64,000 nt of DNA from an uncultured Phycisphaerales bacterium (lineage in GTDB: Bacteria; Planctomycetota; Phycisphaerae; Tepidisphaerales; Tepidisphaeraceae), in NCBI GenBank assembly GCA_963755915.1, contig CAVWLP010000002.1, positions 192,001 through 256,000 on the forward strand, in the 5' to 3' direction. The notes under the pieces are model-generated. The model worked only from the letters and a program-made list of their open reading frames with translations, made no database searches and was not told the origin of the DNA. The position numbers were made by a program, and so were the translations under genes. Numbering within the stretch: position 1 is the first letter of the stretch; the number at the start of each line of letters is the position of its first letter. Below are positions 20,135 through 35,426 of this stretch, piece after piece.

Positions 20135-22393
20135 TCACTCCTTCTGTATCCGGGCCGCCGCGACAGCCAGTTGCCCGAGACTTAGTCCGCCATCATTGGG
20201 CGGTACGGTGCGATGACAATAAACGATGAACCCGACATCACTCAAGCGGCGCACAGTTTCGACCACAAGCAGTGCATTCATGAAAACACCTCCGCTGAGC
20301 ACGACTCTATTATGTCCCGTGGTTTTGCGCAGCCACGAGCATGTGAGGAAAATCACCCGGCTCATCGTGGAATGAAATCGCCGGCCAATAACGGCTGCCG
20401 GCACACCCGCGTCCGTATCCTTGGCCAAAGCCGCGATCACCGGCCGAGTATCGATCTCACCGGTTGGATGTAGCTCAAAGGGATATTCGCCTTCTCCCTC
20501 AAAGCCAGCGGCCAGCCACTCCAGCTCCATCGCCGCCTGTCCCTCGTGACTGACCGTATCGCGGACTCCGGCGAGGCAGGCCGCCGCATCGAAAAGTCGT
20601 CCCACGCTACTTGTCACGGGCGAATTAAGCCGCCTCTGAATCATTCGGACAATCGTTGTCCGAGTTGAAATTGCAATCCGGCTTTCGAGCACCGCACAGT
20701 TTGTTTGCGCATCCAATAGATGCGCTATTGCCATTCTCCACGGCTCCCGAACAGCTTTTTCCGCACCTGGCATTGCTACATAGCGCAAATGAGCCATTCG
20801 GCGAAAATTCGCATACCCACCCACCAAAAACTCTCCGCCCCAAATAGCTCCATCCGTTCCAAACCCCGAACCATCAAACGTCACCCCAATAACATCCCCC
20901 TCCAATCCATGTTCAGCCATGCAACTTGCCAAATGCGCATGATGGTGCTGCACCGCCACCGGCGTCGTCCCGTTGCGGCTCAGTGCATACCGTGTCGACG
21001 CATAATCCGGATGCAGGTCATGCGCGACAACCTGCGGGTGAAGCTGAAACATCTCCTCATAGAGTGCAATATCCCGCTTGAATGCCTCAATCGCTTGCAA
21101 GTGGTCCAGATCACCCAGATGGTGGCTCAGGATCGCCCGGCATTCATCGCCAAGAGCGAAAGTTCCCTTCAGCTGTCCACCCACGGCCAGAATCGCCCTC
21201 GGGCAGATAAATGGCAGACCCACCGGCTCGGGCGCATACCCGCGCGACCGCCTGATCGGCGACTCGCTTCCCCCGACAATCCGCGTTACCGAATCATCGC
21301 ACCGCACGTGAATCGGCCGATTGTGAACCACAAACAAATCCGCAATTCCACCCAGCCTTTCCAGCGCATCCGACTCTTCGTACGCAATAGGCTCGTCGGA
21401 CCGATTCCCGCTCGTCATCACGAGCGCTGTCCCCTTTAATCGCGTCATCAGCAAATGGTGCAGCGGCGTATACGGAAGCATCACGCCAAGCGTCGGATTG
21501 CCAGGTGCAACGGCCCTCGACACTTCAATTCCCGCTCTTCTCTTGAGTAGCACAATCGGCTTGCGCGCCGATGTCAGCAATTCGCGCTCCGCACCGCTGA
21601 TCTCACACAATCTTTCCGCCCCGCTCAAATCCGCGACCATCAGCGCAAACGGCTTCTCTTCACGCTGTTTCCTCCCCCGTAATTCGCTCACGGCATTTGA
21701 ATTTCTTGCATCGCACGCAAGGTGATAGCCCCCCAAACCCTTAATGGCCGCGATTTTCCCACCCAGGAGCGCCTCCGCCAGCAACTCAATCGGGTCATTT
21801 GTTGCGATTGAATTCCCCTTCGAATCCAGAACCGCCAATCGCGGCCCGCATTTTGGACATGCAATCGGCTGCGCATGAAAGCGCCGATCACCCGGATTAT
21901 CATACTCCGCTCGGCATCGAGCGCACATCTCAAATCCCGCCATCGTCGACCGCGCCCGGTCGTACGGGGCCCCGGTTACAATCGTCAGGCGAGGCCCGCA
22001 ATTCGTGCAGTTGGTAAACGGATATTGATACCGCCGGCTGCCGGCATCGAAAATCTCCACCAGGCAATCCTCGCACGTCGCCACATCCGAGGCAATCACA
22101 ATCCACCGCGCCTCGCCCGCATGGCTACCATCAATCCGAAATTCCCTCTCCCCAATCGCATCGCGCGCATTCCAATCCATCCGCTCTATGCGCGCCAGTG
22201 GCGGCGCTTCTCTCACTACGCGCTTCAAAAAATCGTCCAGCGATTCAACCCCACCCTCCACTTGAATCACAACCATTCCCCCCGAATTCATGACGTATCC
22301 CCCCAGCTTTAAATCGCCCGCCAGCTTGTGCACAAATGGACGAAAACCCACTCCTTGCACGGTTCCGTGAATTTCGATCGCTAGTCGCGGCAC
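20135..22393 (-). CDS. hypF: Carbamoyltransferase
   Basis: 'GTVQGVGFRPF', Zn fingers, 'HDLHPDY', 'QHHHAH', 'PPNDGGLSLGQ'. Confidence 0.95.
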   Translation of the reverse strand: MPRLAIEIHGTVQGVGFRPFVHKLAGDLKLGGYVMNSGGMVVIQVEGGVESLDDFLKRVVREAPPLARIERMDWNARDAIGEREFRIDGSHAGEARWIVIASDVATCEDCLVEIFDAGSRRYQYPFTNCTNCGPRLTIVTGAPYDRARSTMAGFEMCARCRAEYDNPGDRRFHAQPIACPKCGPRLAVLDSKGNSIATNDPIELLAEALLGGKIAAIKGLGGYHLACDARNSNAVSELRGRKQREEKPFALMVADLSGAERLCEISGAERELLTSARKPIVLLKRRAGIEVSRAVAPGNPTLGVMLPYTPLHHLLMTRLKGTALVMTSGNRSDEPIAYEESDALERLGGIADLFVVHNRPIHVRCDDSVTRIVGGSESPIRRSRGYAPEPVGLPFICPRAILAVGGQLKGTFALGDECRAILSHHLGDLDHLQAIEAFKRDIALYEEMFQLHPQVVAHDLHPDYASTRYALSRNGTTPVAVQHHHAHLASCMAEHGLEGDVIGVTFDGSGFGTDGAIWGGEFLVGGYANFRRMAHLRYVAMPGAEKAVREPWRMAIAHLLDAQTNCAVLESRIAISTRTTIVRMIQRRLNSPVTSSVGRLFDAAACLAGVRDTVSHEGQAAMELEWLAAGFEGEGEYPFELHPTGEIDTRPVIAALAKDTDAGVPAAVIGRRFHSTMSRVIFLTCSWLRKTTGHNRVVLSGGVFMNALLVVETVRRLSDVGFIVYCHRTVPPNDGGLSLGQLAVAAARIQKE

Positions 22394-22593
22394 GGCGCTC
22401 CAGCAGGCAATTCTAATGTTTCCTCAAGGCCCGCCAACTGTTTCTTCGCTCTTCTTTACAATCGGCTGTTTGGACGCAATGCAAATGCTTCAGTTGAGTC
22501 TATGGTGCTCTAATCATCACAAAGTTCCCCGCGATGAGAAATCGGCTTCTATTCTGGGGAATTTATAAGAATGCAACGTGTGCTGAATCATAT

Positions 22594-23121
22594 TCAATTT
22601 GCACCGGCAATCTTTAGCGGAACGCATGGGTGCGTCACCAGATCGCGCATCATGCTGCACGTCCGGGGCGTGGGCTTGAATGTCATGGAAAGTTGGTCCG
22701 TAACATCCACAGTCTCAACGCCTTCAGCTTTGAAAGCCACCTGGGGCACAATGGCGACAACATTGTTCTGTTGCGCCACGTCCGGGAGCACATTCTGCAA
22801 TTTCCGCATGACATCGTCGATGGGCGCATTACCGAACGCTTCGGCCATCACGTGATCCTGCATTGCCTGGCATTGATTTTCGAGCGCCCTAAGTTGCGTC
22901 GTATCGCCACCATTTTGCCTCGCGGCTTTCGCTTTGCTCACCAGATCATTGATTTCTTTAAGTCCGGCATCGGATCGCCAGTAGGCAAGGGCCACAGCCC
23001 GTGCCTGGAAGACGCCGATCCGTATGGGCGCGGCGGATGAATCGGCCCGCAAGCCGGCCACTTTGCGCCCCGCAACCAAAGCTACCACGCAGAACATCAA
23101 CCAAAAGATATTTGGTTTCAT
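22594..23121 (-). CDS. Secreted hypothetical protein (weakly OmpH/Skp-like)
   Basis: Signal-peptide-like N-terminus, 'IRIGVFQARAVALAYW', coiled-coil middle, 'VDVTDQL'. Confidence 0.55.
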   Translation of the reverse strand: MKPNIFWLMFCVVALVAGRKVAGLRADSSAAPIRIGVFQARAVALAYWRSDAGLKEINDLVSKAKAARQNGGDTTQLRALENQCQAMQDHVMAEAFGNAPIDDVMRKLQNVLPDVAQQNNVVAIVPQVAFKAEGVETVDVTDQLSMTFKPTPRTCSMMRDLVTHPCVPLKIAGAN

Positions 23122-23135
23122 GGCAGTCTCCGCCG

Positions 23136-23645
23136 CTACCGCGGCTCTTCGTATTCCTGCTGGTCGTGCTCATTTCCGACGGTCTTGATCATCGCGCGCC
23201 CCGTTGGCCAGTGAAGGACAAAGAGCAGGAGCGAGAGTAGTCCCGGAATGAGGTTAGGCATGAACGCGTCGGTGACGAGGCATCCGATGAGGCTGATGAT
23301 GCCACCAGTTGCAAGCGCCACACCGATCAAAATTGTCGCGAGCACGTATTTGCTGGGTGGAACGGGCCGGCCGAGCCAATAGTCTCGGAACAAATGGCCA
23401 CGCAGGAAGAATAAGCCTGGAAGAACAACGAGGAGGTATCCCATCGAAATGATGAACCATTTCTCATCATTACTATGAAACCGGCTGGTATCACCTGTCG
23501 TCACCTGCCAGATCAGCCATTGCAGAAAAAAGAACGGGACTGCCAGCAATAGACCCCAGAATAGCCATGCCAGCTTTAGAGCGGTTTTAACGGAAATGGT
23601 TGACGGCCATCGGTGTCGAACATCGGGGAGTGTTACGTTTGTCAT
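23136..23645 (-). CDS. Hypothetical 4-TM membrane protein
   Basis: 169 aa, four hydrophobic helices, AAGGAG RBS. Confidence 0.65.
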   Translation of the reverse strand: MTNVTLPDVRHRWPSTISVKTALKLAWLFWGLLLAVPFFFLQWLIWQVTTGDTSRFHSNDEKWFIISMGYLLVVLPGLFFLRGHLFRDYWLGRPVPPSKYVLATILIGVALATGGIISLIGCLVTDAFMPNLIPGLLSLLLFVLHWPTGRAMIKTVGNEHDQQEYEEPR

Positions 23646-23700
23646 AAGCGACTCCTTTTTCCTCTACAGCAAGTATTGGCCGACGGGCTCGACCTTTAAA

Positions 23701-23740
23701 TCAGGGAAGCCCCGGCTTTGGGAATAGGAGAATTTGCTTA
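23701..23740. promoter_or_regulatory. Candidate response-regulator box pair
   Basis: Primary TAGGAGAATTTGCTTA (23725-23740) and secondary TCAGGGAAGCCCCGGC (23701-23716), 24 bp apart. Confidence 0.6.
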
Positions 23741-23781
23741 TGCTTTGCATGTGGGTGTCTCTAAGAAGCAGGCATTATGCT

Positions 23782-24270
23782 TTAATCAGGCCTATAAACT
23801 GCGACAGTCCGCATGCGGCTATCATGGCGCCGCCAATACGAATCCACTGCTTTGTTTGATGCGAATCGTTGAGTTGAGAGGCCCAGGGCGATGCCGATGC
23901 CATCGAGAATTGCGGTGGCGCAAATGAAGTCAATCGCGTAGTCGACTTCGATGGACACTAATCGCAATTCATCGTCGCCTGCCAGTCGAATCCGATCCGA
24001 TCCACAGGCGCAGCGACTATCCAGTTCCGAAGTTGTCCATTGCCTTCCGCAGGCCCTGCATTGCATTTCCCAGGGCAGCGTCGTCAGTTGAAGTGCGACA
24101 CTCATCGACCCTTGTTCCTGCATGACGGCATTCCAGGCCCACTGCATCGAATGCGGTTCGATAGCTCGCATGGCCGCGGTCCGGATATGGACGCGTCGCA
24201 ATACCGCACCAGCCGGCACATGTTGCCGGGCTAAGTCCCATATCGCGATTGCTATTGACAGCTCATGCAT
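23782..24270 (-). CDS. hypA: Hydrogenase nickel incorporation protein (with ~50-aa C-terminal extension)
   Basis: N-terminal 'MHELSIA', CRAC...CACG zinc site, 'ELRLVSIEVD'. Confidence 0.85.
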   Translation of the reverse strand: MHELSIAIAIWDLARQHVPAGAVLRRVHIRTAAMRAIEPHSMQWAWNAVMQEQGSMSVALQLTTLPWEMQCRACGRQWTTSELDSRCACGSDRIRLAGDDELRLVSIEVDYAIDFICATAILDGIGIALGLSTQRFASNKAVDSYWRRHDSRMRTVAVYRPD

Positions 24271-24754
24271 GACACGCCCCTTGTTTTCGCAAGAACCGAA
24301 CGGTTATGTTCGCGACATCGTGCACGACTTCACGCAACGCGACTCGAACGGGGGACGATAATTTGCATCCGAAAGAGAAATCTGATCCACCGACGCTGAA
24401 GAGAATTGCGCGGGGGGAGCAATGATAAAGGTCGCGTGCCAGGCGAAGTATTTCGTCGGGGGTTTGATGATGTCCGATCGTTTTGTTGCGGCTTTTGCGG
24501 TGGCGAATGATGCGCTTCTTCACCTTGCCTGGGGCAAGTTGAAAATCGGCATCGATAAAAATGACAAGATCCGCGCGGCTAACACTCTCTGCCAATTCTG
24601 GTAGCAATTGGGGTAGCGTGAGCACCGAGGCGAAATCGGGCGGCAATTGATCTTTAAGTCGGCGCGCGGCAGCCCAGCCGACGCCATCGTCACGCCGGAG
24701 AATGTTGCCGTACCCAAGGATGAGCACGGGAGGATCATTCTCGCCGAAGCTCAT
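24263..24754 (-). CDS. hoxW: Hydrogenase maturation endopeptidase (HoxW/HycI family)
   Basis: 'ILGYGNILRRDDGVG', 'VIFIDA', 'HHQTP'. Overlaps the hoxH 3' end. Confidence 0.8.
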   Translation of the reverse strand: MSFGENDPPVLILGYGNILRRDDGVGWAAARRLKDQLPPDFASVLTLPQLLPELAESVSRADLVIFIDADFQLAPGKVKKRIIRHRKSRNKTIGHHQTPDEILRLARDLYHCSPRAILFSVGGSDFSFGCKLSSPVRVALREVVHDVANITVRFLRKQGACHA

Positions 24755-26157
24755 GGACAACCTTGCCGCTTGAATTAAGGAGTTCGATATGCAGCGGCAT
24801 CTGCCCCAAGGCGTGCGTCGAGCACGAGAGACACGGATCGAAGCACCGTATCGTCGCCTCCACCCGGTTCAGCGCCCCTGCGAAATCTTATTGCCCGAAA
24901 CGTAGCGCTGGGCCGTCTGCAATATCCCGCGGTTCATCGCCAGGTTGTTATGCCCCGTCGCGATGATCAGATTCGCCCAGACGATCAAGCCGTTGTCGTC
25001 GATCCGGTAATGATGGATCAGCGTCCCACGCGGCGCCTCGGCGACCCCGACCCCTTCGCTTTGGTTCGGCCGCGCCGCGCTCGCACCTTCTTATCGAGAA
25101 TCTTCGGATCGCTCAGCAGTTGCTGCATGATCTCAAACGCAAAAATGATTTCGATCAGCCTGGCATGATGATAATGAAACGAGCTCAGCACCGCCCCGCG
25201 CTGAATTTGGCGAAACTCCGCCCACTCCTGGTCGGCGATGGGCGTTCCGCAGTGGTCGATCAGGTTCAGCCGCGCCAGCGGCCCCACCCGGTAAATGCCC
25301 TGCGGGTAGCCGAGCTTCTTGAAGTAGGGGAACTTCATGAATGTATAAGGCTCCGCCGCCTCGGCGATCAACTCCATGTATTTTTTCGGGTCATGCCGAT
25401 CGACAATGATCTCCCCCTTCGAATCCACAACGCGCAGCCACCCGTCATAATGTTCCAGCCCGCCGCTGTCGGTCACCAGCCCCATGAACAGCGTCGGAAA
25501 ATTCGCAAACGCGGCCGCTTCCCCGCTGAATCCCTCCGCGATCCGCTTGTACCACGCCAGCGTGCGCGTCGCGATGTCCAGCCCTTCCGGCATCATCGCC
25601 ATCAGCTTGTCCCGGGCGGCCACGTCCAGCGGTTTATTCACCCCTCCCGCGACATCCCAAGGCGGATGAATCTTCTTGCCACCTAAAATCTCAATAACCG
25701 TCTGCCCAATCTGCCGGACGCGGATTCCATCCCGCGCCAACTGCGGATTCTCCTTGAAGACGCCAAACAGATGCCGCCCAGCCGGATCGGCATCAAACCC
25801 CATCAACAAATCCGGCGAAGACAGATGAAAAAAGCTCAGGGCATGCGATTGCACAAGCTGCGCCAGGTTCATGATCCGCCGCAGATTCGCCGCTGACTCC
25901 GGAATCTTCACCGACAGCAAATCGTCGCAAGCCTTCGCCGACGCCGTCAGATGACTCACCGGGCAAATCCCGCACGTCCGCGCCGTCAGCGACGGCATCT
26001 CCGTCATCGGCCTCCCCTCGCACAGCTTCTCAAACCCGCGGAACTGCGTCACATGAAACTTCGCATCGGTGACGTTCCCACTATCATCCAGTTGGAGCGT
26101 AATCTTCGAGTGCCCCTCGATTCGCGTCACCGGGTCAATCAAAATCTCGCGTGGCAT
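24735..26157 (-). CDS. hoxH: Group 3d [NiFe]-hydrogenase large subunit (frameshifts at ~24890-25080)
   Basis: 'DPVTRIEGH', L1 'RTCGICPVSH'. L2 'DPCLSCSTHALGQMPL' plus a cleavable tail ending at TGA 24735, read manually. Confidence 0.9.
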
Positions 26158-26190
26158 AAAACCTACTTTCCCAACACTACTTTTCTAGCC

Positions 26191-26739
26191 CTACTTTCCA
26201 AATCTAGTCATCGTCTCCGGATGCGGCATCCGTCCCGCCAGCAGCTCACCCACCACATAAAAAATCGTATCTGCCGATGGTGGGCACCCCGGCACAAACA
26301 GATCCACTTTCACCACCTCATGAACCGGCCGAACCCGATCCAGCAGCACCGGCAGATTCATCGTCGGTTTCTGTTTCTGAATCTCCGTATTCTCAAAATA
26401 AGATCGCTGAAAAACCGACTCGACGGTAAACGGATTCCGCATTGCCGGCACATTCCCCGTCACAGCGCAATCCCCCAGTGAAACCAGGATTTTCGTGTGC
26501 TGCCTGATCTTCTGGATCTTCTCGATATCCTCATCCGTGCTGACCGACCCCTCCACCAGCGTCACGTCGACTTCATCAGGAAATTCCTTCTGATCCACCA
26601 GCGGGCTATAAACCAGGTCCATCAGGGGGATAAGGTCCAGCAGCCGCTGGTCGAGGTCCAGAAACGACATGTGACACCCCGAGCACCCATCGAGCCACAC
26701 CGTCGCAACTCGCGCTTTTTTGGTCGTTTCCGCGCTCAT
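26191..26739 (-). CDS. hoxY: Hydrogenase small subunit
   Basis: '[11 protein letters not shown]', 'GDCAVTGNV', 'PGCPP'. Confidence 0.92.
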   Translation of the reverse strand: MSAETTKKARVATVWLDGCSGCHMSFLDLDQRLLDLIPLMDLVYSPLVDQKEFPDEVDVTLVEGSVSTDEDIEKIQKIRQHTKILVSLGDCAVTGNVPAMRNPFTVESVFQRSYFENTEIQKQKPTMNLPVLLDRVRPVHEVVKVDLFVPGCPPSADTIFYVVGELLAGRMPHPETMTRFGK

Positions 26740-27455
26740 TGGTTGTTCCCTCTCATCCGCGTGAGATACGGCAGGAAATCCTTGTCCTTCTCCATCTCCG
26801 AAACCGCCGTCCCCTTGCGCGTCAGCGCACCCGTCGGGCAAACCGCGACGCATTTGCCGCAGCTCGTGCAGGTCTGCGAATCACCCCACGGCTGGTCGAG
26901 GTCGATCACCACCCTCGACGCCACGCCGCGCCCCGCCACGTCCCACGTATGCGCTCCTTCAATCTCATCGCAAACGCGCACACATCGCGTGCACAGCACG
27001 CACCGGTTGTGATCCAGCCGGAACAGATCGTGCGACGAATCCATCTTGAGCTTTGGATACAGATATGGAATCTCAAGGTGCGTGATCCCGGTCTCGCTCG
27101 CCAGGTTCTGAAGATCGCAATGACCGTTGGAAACGCACACCGAGCAGACGTGATTCCGCTCCGAGAAAAGCATCTGCACGATCATCCGCCGATAGTTTTG
27201 CAAGCGAGGCGAATTGGTCGTGATCTCCATCCCCTCAGTCACCTTCGTCACGCATGCCGGCAGGAGCTTGTTGACTCCCTTTACCTCCACCAGGCAAAGC
27301 CGACACGCCCCCCACGTCGACAGCCCCTCCAGAAAGCAAAGCGTCGGCACCGCGACCTTATTCTGCTTGCAGACATCCAGGATCGTCTCATCAGCGCGCC
27401 CGCTGACGTCCTTGTCGTCCACCTTTAACGTCACTACCGCTGTCGCAGCGCTCAT
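26736..27455 (-). CDS. hoxU: Diaphorase Fe-S subunit
   Basis: 'PTLC...GACRLC', 'HVCSVC...C', two [4Fe-4S] motifs. Confidence 0.92.
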   Translation of the reverse strand: MSAATAVVTLKVDDKDVSGRADETILDVCKQNKVAVPTLCFLEGLSTWGACRLCLVEVKGVNKLLPACVTKVTEGMEITTNSPRLQNYRRMIVQMLFSERNHVCSVCVSNGHCDLQNLASETGITHLEIPYLYPKLKMDSSHDLFRLDHNRCVLCTRCVRVCDEIEGAHTWDVAGRGVASRVVIDLDQPWGDSQTCTSCGKCVAVCPTGALTRKGTAVSEMEKDKDFLPYLTRMRGNNQ

Positions 27456-29099
27456 GAGCGTATCTCCGCTAAAATGGGCAGGGGCTTGCGCGATGCATAT
27501 TCGTCCGCGCACAGAAGTTCGTCATATTCCTTGCGGAAATATCGCAGTGTCGTCAGAACCGGGTTCGGCGCTCATCCCCAGCCCGCACAAGCTCGTGTGC
27601 TTCACCATGTCGCACAACTCTTCCAGCAGCGCCACGTCCCGTGCCGTCGCCTTCTTCTCGATGATCTTCTTTAGCAGATCGTGCATCTGCACCGTCCCCA
27701 CTCGGCACGGAATGCACTTCCCACACGACTCAGTCATGCAGAATTCCATGAAAAAGCGCGCGACGTCGACCATGTTCGATGTCTCGTCCATGATGATCAT
27801 CCCCCCCGATCCCATGATCGACCCCACTTTCATCAGCGAGTCGTAATCGACCGGCATGTCCAAAAACTGTTCCGGAATGCACCCGCCCGACGGTCCGCCC
27901 GTCTGCACCGCCTTGAACTTCTTCCCATCAGGAATCCCCCCGCCCATCTCAAACACAATCTCCCGCAACGTCATCCCCATCGGCACTTCGATCAGCCCGG
28001 TGTTATTCACTTTCCCCGCCAGCGCAAAGGTCTTGGTCCCCTTGCTCTTCTCCGTTCCGATGCCGGCATACCAGTCGCCGCCGTTGCGGATGATCGGCGC
28101 GATATTCGCAAACGTCTCCACGTTGTTGATCAGCGTAGGCGCATCCCACAGCCCCGACTCTGCTGGAAACGGCGGCCTTGGCCTCGGCTGACCTCTCTGC
28201 CCGGTAATGCTGGCAATCAGCGCCGTCTCCTCCCCGCACACAAACGCTCCCGCCCCAAGTCGAATCTCAATTTTCAAACTGAGCGGCGTGCCAAAAATAT
28301 TCGCGCCCAAAACCCCCTGCCTCTCCGCCTGCCGGATCGCGACCTTCAATCGCTTCACCGCTAGCGGATATTCCGAGCGCACATAGATATATCCCTGCGT
28401 CGCCCCCACTGCATACGCCGCGATCGCCATTCCTTCCAGCACCCGATGCGGATCGCTCTCCAGCACGCTCCGATCCATGAAGGCCCCGGGATCCCCCTCA
28501 TCGGCGTTGCAGATCACATATTTCGTCGTCGATTTCGCCTTCGACACCATGCTCCACTTCAGCCCCGTCGGATATCCCGCCCCGCCCCTTCCGCGCAGAC
28601 CGCTTTTGGAAACCTGTTCGGTCACTTCCGCGGGCGTCATGGTCGTCACCGCTTTAAAAAGCCCCGCATATCCATCCGCCGCGATGTATTCCTCGATCTT
28701 CTCCGGATCGATCTCCCCCGAATTCTCCAGCACGATCTTCTTCTGCCGCTTGAAAAACGGCACATCCGTCCGGCAAACCAGCCGCTGCACCGACTTGTCC
28801 ACAGAAATCCCCCCCACAATTTCCTTCGCATCCCCCGGCTTTACACCCTGATACATCACATTCTTCGAAGAAACCGAAACCAGCGGCCCCGCCGCGCACA
28901 ATCCCATACACCCCACCCCCTTCGCCTTGCATTTCCCCTCCAGTCCCGCCGCTTTGATCTCCCCCTGCAACGATTCCAGCACCTGATCGCTCTGCGACGA
29001 CAAACACCCCGCCGCCACGCACACACGCACATGATTCGGGCACGCCTCGCGCGACTGCTTCTCCGTCTCGGCAATCTTTTCAAGCTCATCGAGCGTCAT
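27452..29099 (-). CDS. hoxF: Diaphorase NAD/FMN subunit (frameshift near 27570)
   Basis: N-terminal thioredoxin-like 2Fe-2S domain, '[13 protein letters not shown]', '[10 protein letters not shown]', '[10 protein letters not shown]'. The tail '[11 protein letters not shown]' is in another frame. Confidence 0.9.
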
Positions 29100-29595
29100 G
29101 GCTCACCTGCTTCTCTACCCGACCAATCAGATCCGCGCTGGAGGTCTTTCCGATTACCGCCCCATCCAGCACCGCCGCCGGCGCCAGCCCGCAAGACCCC
29201 AAACACCGCGCCGTCAAAATCGAAAGCTCCCCATCCCCCGTCGTCTCCCCCGCCTTCACCTTGTACTTTGCTTCCAGCGAATCCATCAATTCAGTCGCCC
29301 CCTTGATGTAGCACGCCGTCCCTAGGCACACGACGCACGTATGCTTCCCCTGCGGCTTCAACATGAAGTGGTGATAAAACGTCGCCACCCCATACACTTT
29401 GCTCAGCGGCAGATTCAGCGACCCCGATACAAACCGCATCGCCGTCTCATCCAGATATCCAAACGATTCCTGTGCCGTGTGAAGCGTCTCGATCAGGCTG
29501 TTCCCCGCATACCCATGCCGCCTCATCGTCGCATCGACAATCTTCCACCGCTTGTCCCCCGACGGCATCGCCTGTTGTTTTGCTGGTGCGATCAT
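29086..29595 (-). CDS. hoxE: Bidirectional hydrogenase NuoE-like subunit
   Basis: 'VYGVATFYH', 'CLGTACY', '[10 protein letters not shown]'. Start 29595 or 29616. Confidence 0.9.
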   Translation of the reverse strand: MIAPAKQQAMPSGDKRWKIVDATMRRHGYAGNSLIETLHTAQESFGYLDETAMRFVSGSLNLPLSKVYGVATFYHHFMLKPQGKHTCVVCLGTACYIKGATELMDSLEAKYKVKAGETTGDGELSILTARCLGSCGLAPAAVLDGAVIGKTSSADLIGRVEKQVSHDAR

Positions 29596-29771
29596 GGCCT
29601 TCCCGTCACTTTCCAATAAAACCGTGATCCTCAGTTCGCGATACCATACTTTTGTAGTTGCACAATTCCAATACTTCAGCGTTCCAACAACACATCAATT
29701 CACGCTTACCTGAATCACGCTTGAACCGAATCATTGCGACGCATCCTATCGAACCGTTTATTCACTTCGCT

Positions 29772-29836
29772 TCAGGAAAATCCCCGCCTTTTTCTTTAAG
29801 GGTTAACACCTATGCCCAAATCATTCGCTATCCCGA
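29772..29836. promoter_or_regulatory. Three candidate regulator boxes in the hoxE/PFOR divergent promoter
   Basis: TCAGGAAAATCCCCGC (29772), TAAGGGTTAACACCTA (29797) and TCATTCGCTATCCCGA (29821), spaced 25 and 24 bp. Confidence 0.6.
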
Positions 29837-29913
29837 TATTCACGCGCCCCCGGTTAGACGACCTTATTCATGGCACTCCATCGGGAGAGCCCTGATTACG
29901 AAAGGACTGAAAT

Positions 29914-33551
<3,638 letters not shown>

Positions 33552-33555
<4 letters not shown>

Positions 33556-34574
33556 ATCTCAGCACAACATACCTCGGCCTCGAACTCGCAAACCCCCTGA
33601 TCCCCGGCGCCTCCCCGCTGGCCGATCATCTCGACACCGCCCGCCGCCTCGAAGACGCCGGCGCTGCCGCCATCGTCATGCGCTCCCTCTTCGAAGAGCA
33701 GATCGAAGGCGAGCACTACCAGACCATCGAGCATTTCGACATGTACGCCGACCTCTTCCCCGAAGCCAGCAGCTTCTTCCCCGGCGCCAGCCAGTTCGCC
33801 TTCAACCCCGATGGCTATCTCGATCACGTCCGCCGCCTCAAATCGGCGCTCGGCATCCCCGTAATCGCGTCGCTCAACGGCCTCAGCCCCTCCGGCTGGC
33901 TACGCTACGCCCGTCTCATCGAGCAGGCCGGCGCGGACGCACTGGAGCTCAACGTCTATCACATCGCCACCCAGGCCTCCGAAACCGCCGAGACCATCGA
34001 ACACCGCGTCCGCGAAACCGCCCGCGAAGTGCGCGAAGCCGTCAAGCTCCCGCTGGCAGTAAAGCTTTCCCCCTTCTTTACCTCGATCCCCCACCTCGCC
34101 CGCGAGCTGCGCACCGTCGGCGTCGATGGGCTCGTCCTCTTCAACCGGTTCTATCAACCCGATTTCGATCTCGAATCTCTCAGCGTCGTCCCCCAACTCC
34201 ATCTCTCCGATTCATCCGAGCTTCTCCTCCGCGTGCGCTGGCTCGCCATCCTCTCCGGCCGTTGCAGCGCCTCGCTCGCCGCCAGCGGCGGGGTCCACAC
34301 CGCCGCCGACGCCATCAAGGCGATCCTCGCCGGCGCTCACGCCGTCCAGATCGTCTCGGCGCTACTCAAGCACGGGCCCAATTATCTCTCGGTCATCCTC
34401 CAGGACCTGCAAACCTGGATGGAAGACCAGAAGTATGACTCGGTTCGCCAGATGCAGGGAGCACTCAGTCTCGCCCGCTGCCCCGACCCCGTCGCCTTTG
34501 AGCGCGGCAACTACATGCGCGTCCTCAACAGTTGGCAAACCTCCGAAACGAAAGGACGTTTTGAAAAACTATGA
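33552..34574 (+). CDS. Dihydroorotate dehydrogenase-like FMN protein
   Basis: 'STTYLGLELANP', 'IASLNG', 'VKLSPFF', 'LFNRFYQPD', 'SGGVHT'. Translationally coupled to PFOR. Confidence 0.85.
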
Positions 34575-35415
34575 AACTCCCCATCAAAAATAATCGCGCG
34601 TCCTGGCTCGAAGGTGCAACCGCCAAGTGCTCCGTCCCCCCGCCCCTGCTCGACCGCCCCTGGCGGCTCGTGCTCCTCGGCGCCCCGGCACCGGCAAAGG
34701 CACCCAGGCCGAATTCCTCTGCGAAAAGCTTGGCGGATGCCATCTATCCACCGGCGACATCTTCCGCGCCGCCGGCACGTGCGGTCATGCGCCCAGCCCC
34801 GCCATGACCGAATCGCTGCGCCAGATGCGCGCCGGCGAGTTGGTGGGCGACGCCACGGTGTGGAAAATCATCCGCGAACGCGCCGGCTGCATGCGCTGCC
34901 ACGGCGGGTTCGTCCTCGACGGTTTTCCCCGCACCATTGCCCAGGCTCTCGCCTTCCAGCAATTAATTACCGAGGAGGAGGGCCTGTGCCTCGACGCGGT
35001 GCTGAATTACGAGCTGCCGCGCGAAGAGATCATTTCCCGCCTCGCCGGCAGGCGCACCTGCCGCGAATGCAAGGCTGTTTTCCATGTTGCGCATTGCCCC
35101 CCGCGCTCCCACGGAGTGTGCGACCGGTGCGGGGGGCAACTTTTTCAACGCGACGACGACCGCCCCGAAGCCATCGCCGTCCGCCTCGACGCCTACGACC
35201 GCACGACAGCCACGCTGCTCGCCTTCTATAACGATCTCAGATTGCTGGTCCCCATCAGCGCCGCGGGTTCGCCGGCAGAGGTCTTCGCCCGCACGGTCAC
35301 CGCCCTGGAAGCCGCGATCACCGACGGCCTGCTCCGGTCGCGCGACCCGCATGACGCGATTGTGGGCCTGACCGCGCGGCGGAGCGATGCCCGCTCCAAA
35401 CCTGAACTCTTATAG
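34571..35415 (+). CDS. adk: Adenylate kinase (frameshift near 34690)
   Basis: 'LVLLGAP|GTGKGTQA', 'HLSTGDIFR', 'LDGFPRT', Cys-type LID CREC...CDRC, 'QRDDD'. Confidence 0.85.
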
Positions 35416-35426
35416 AGGAGACAGCC

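Noticed and set aside
29721-29734. FNR-like TTGAA-N4-ATCAT upstream of hoxE
   Set aside because: Two mismatches, a single occurrence, and no FNR/Crp regulator in the window.
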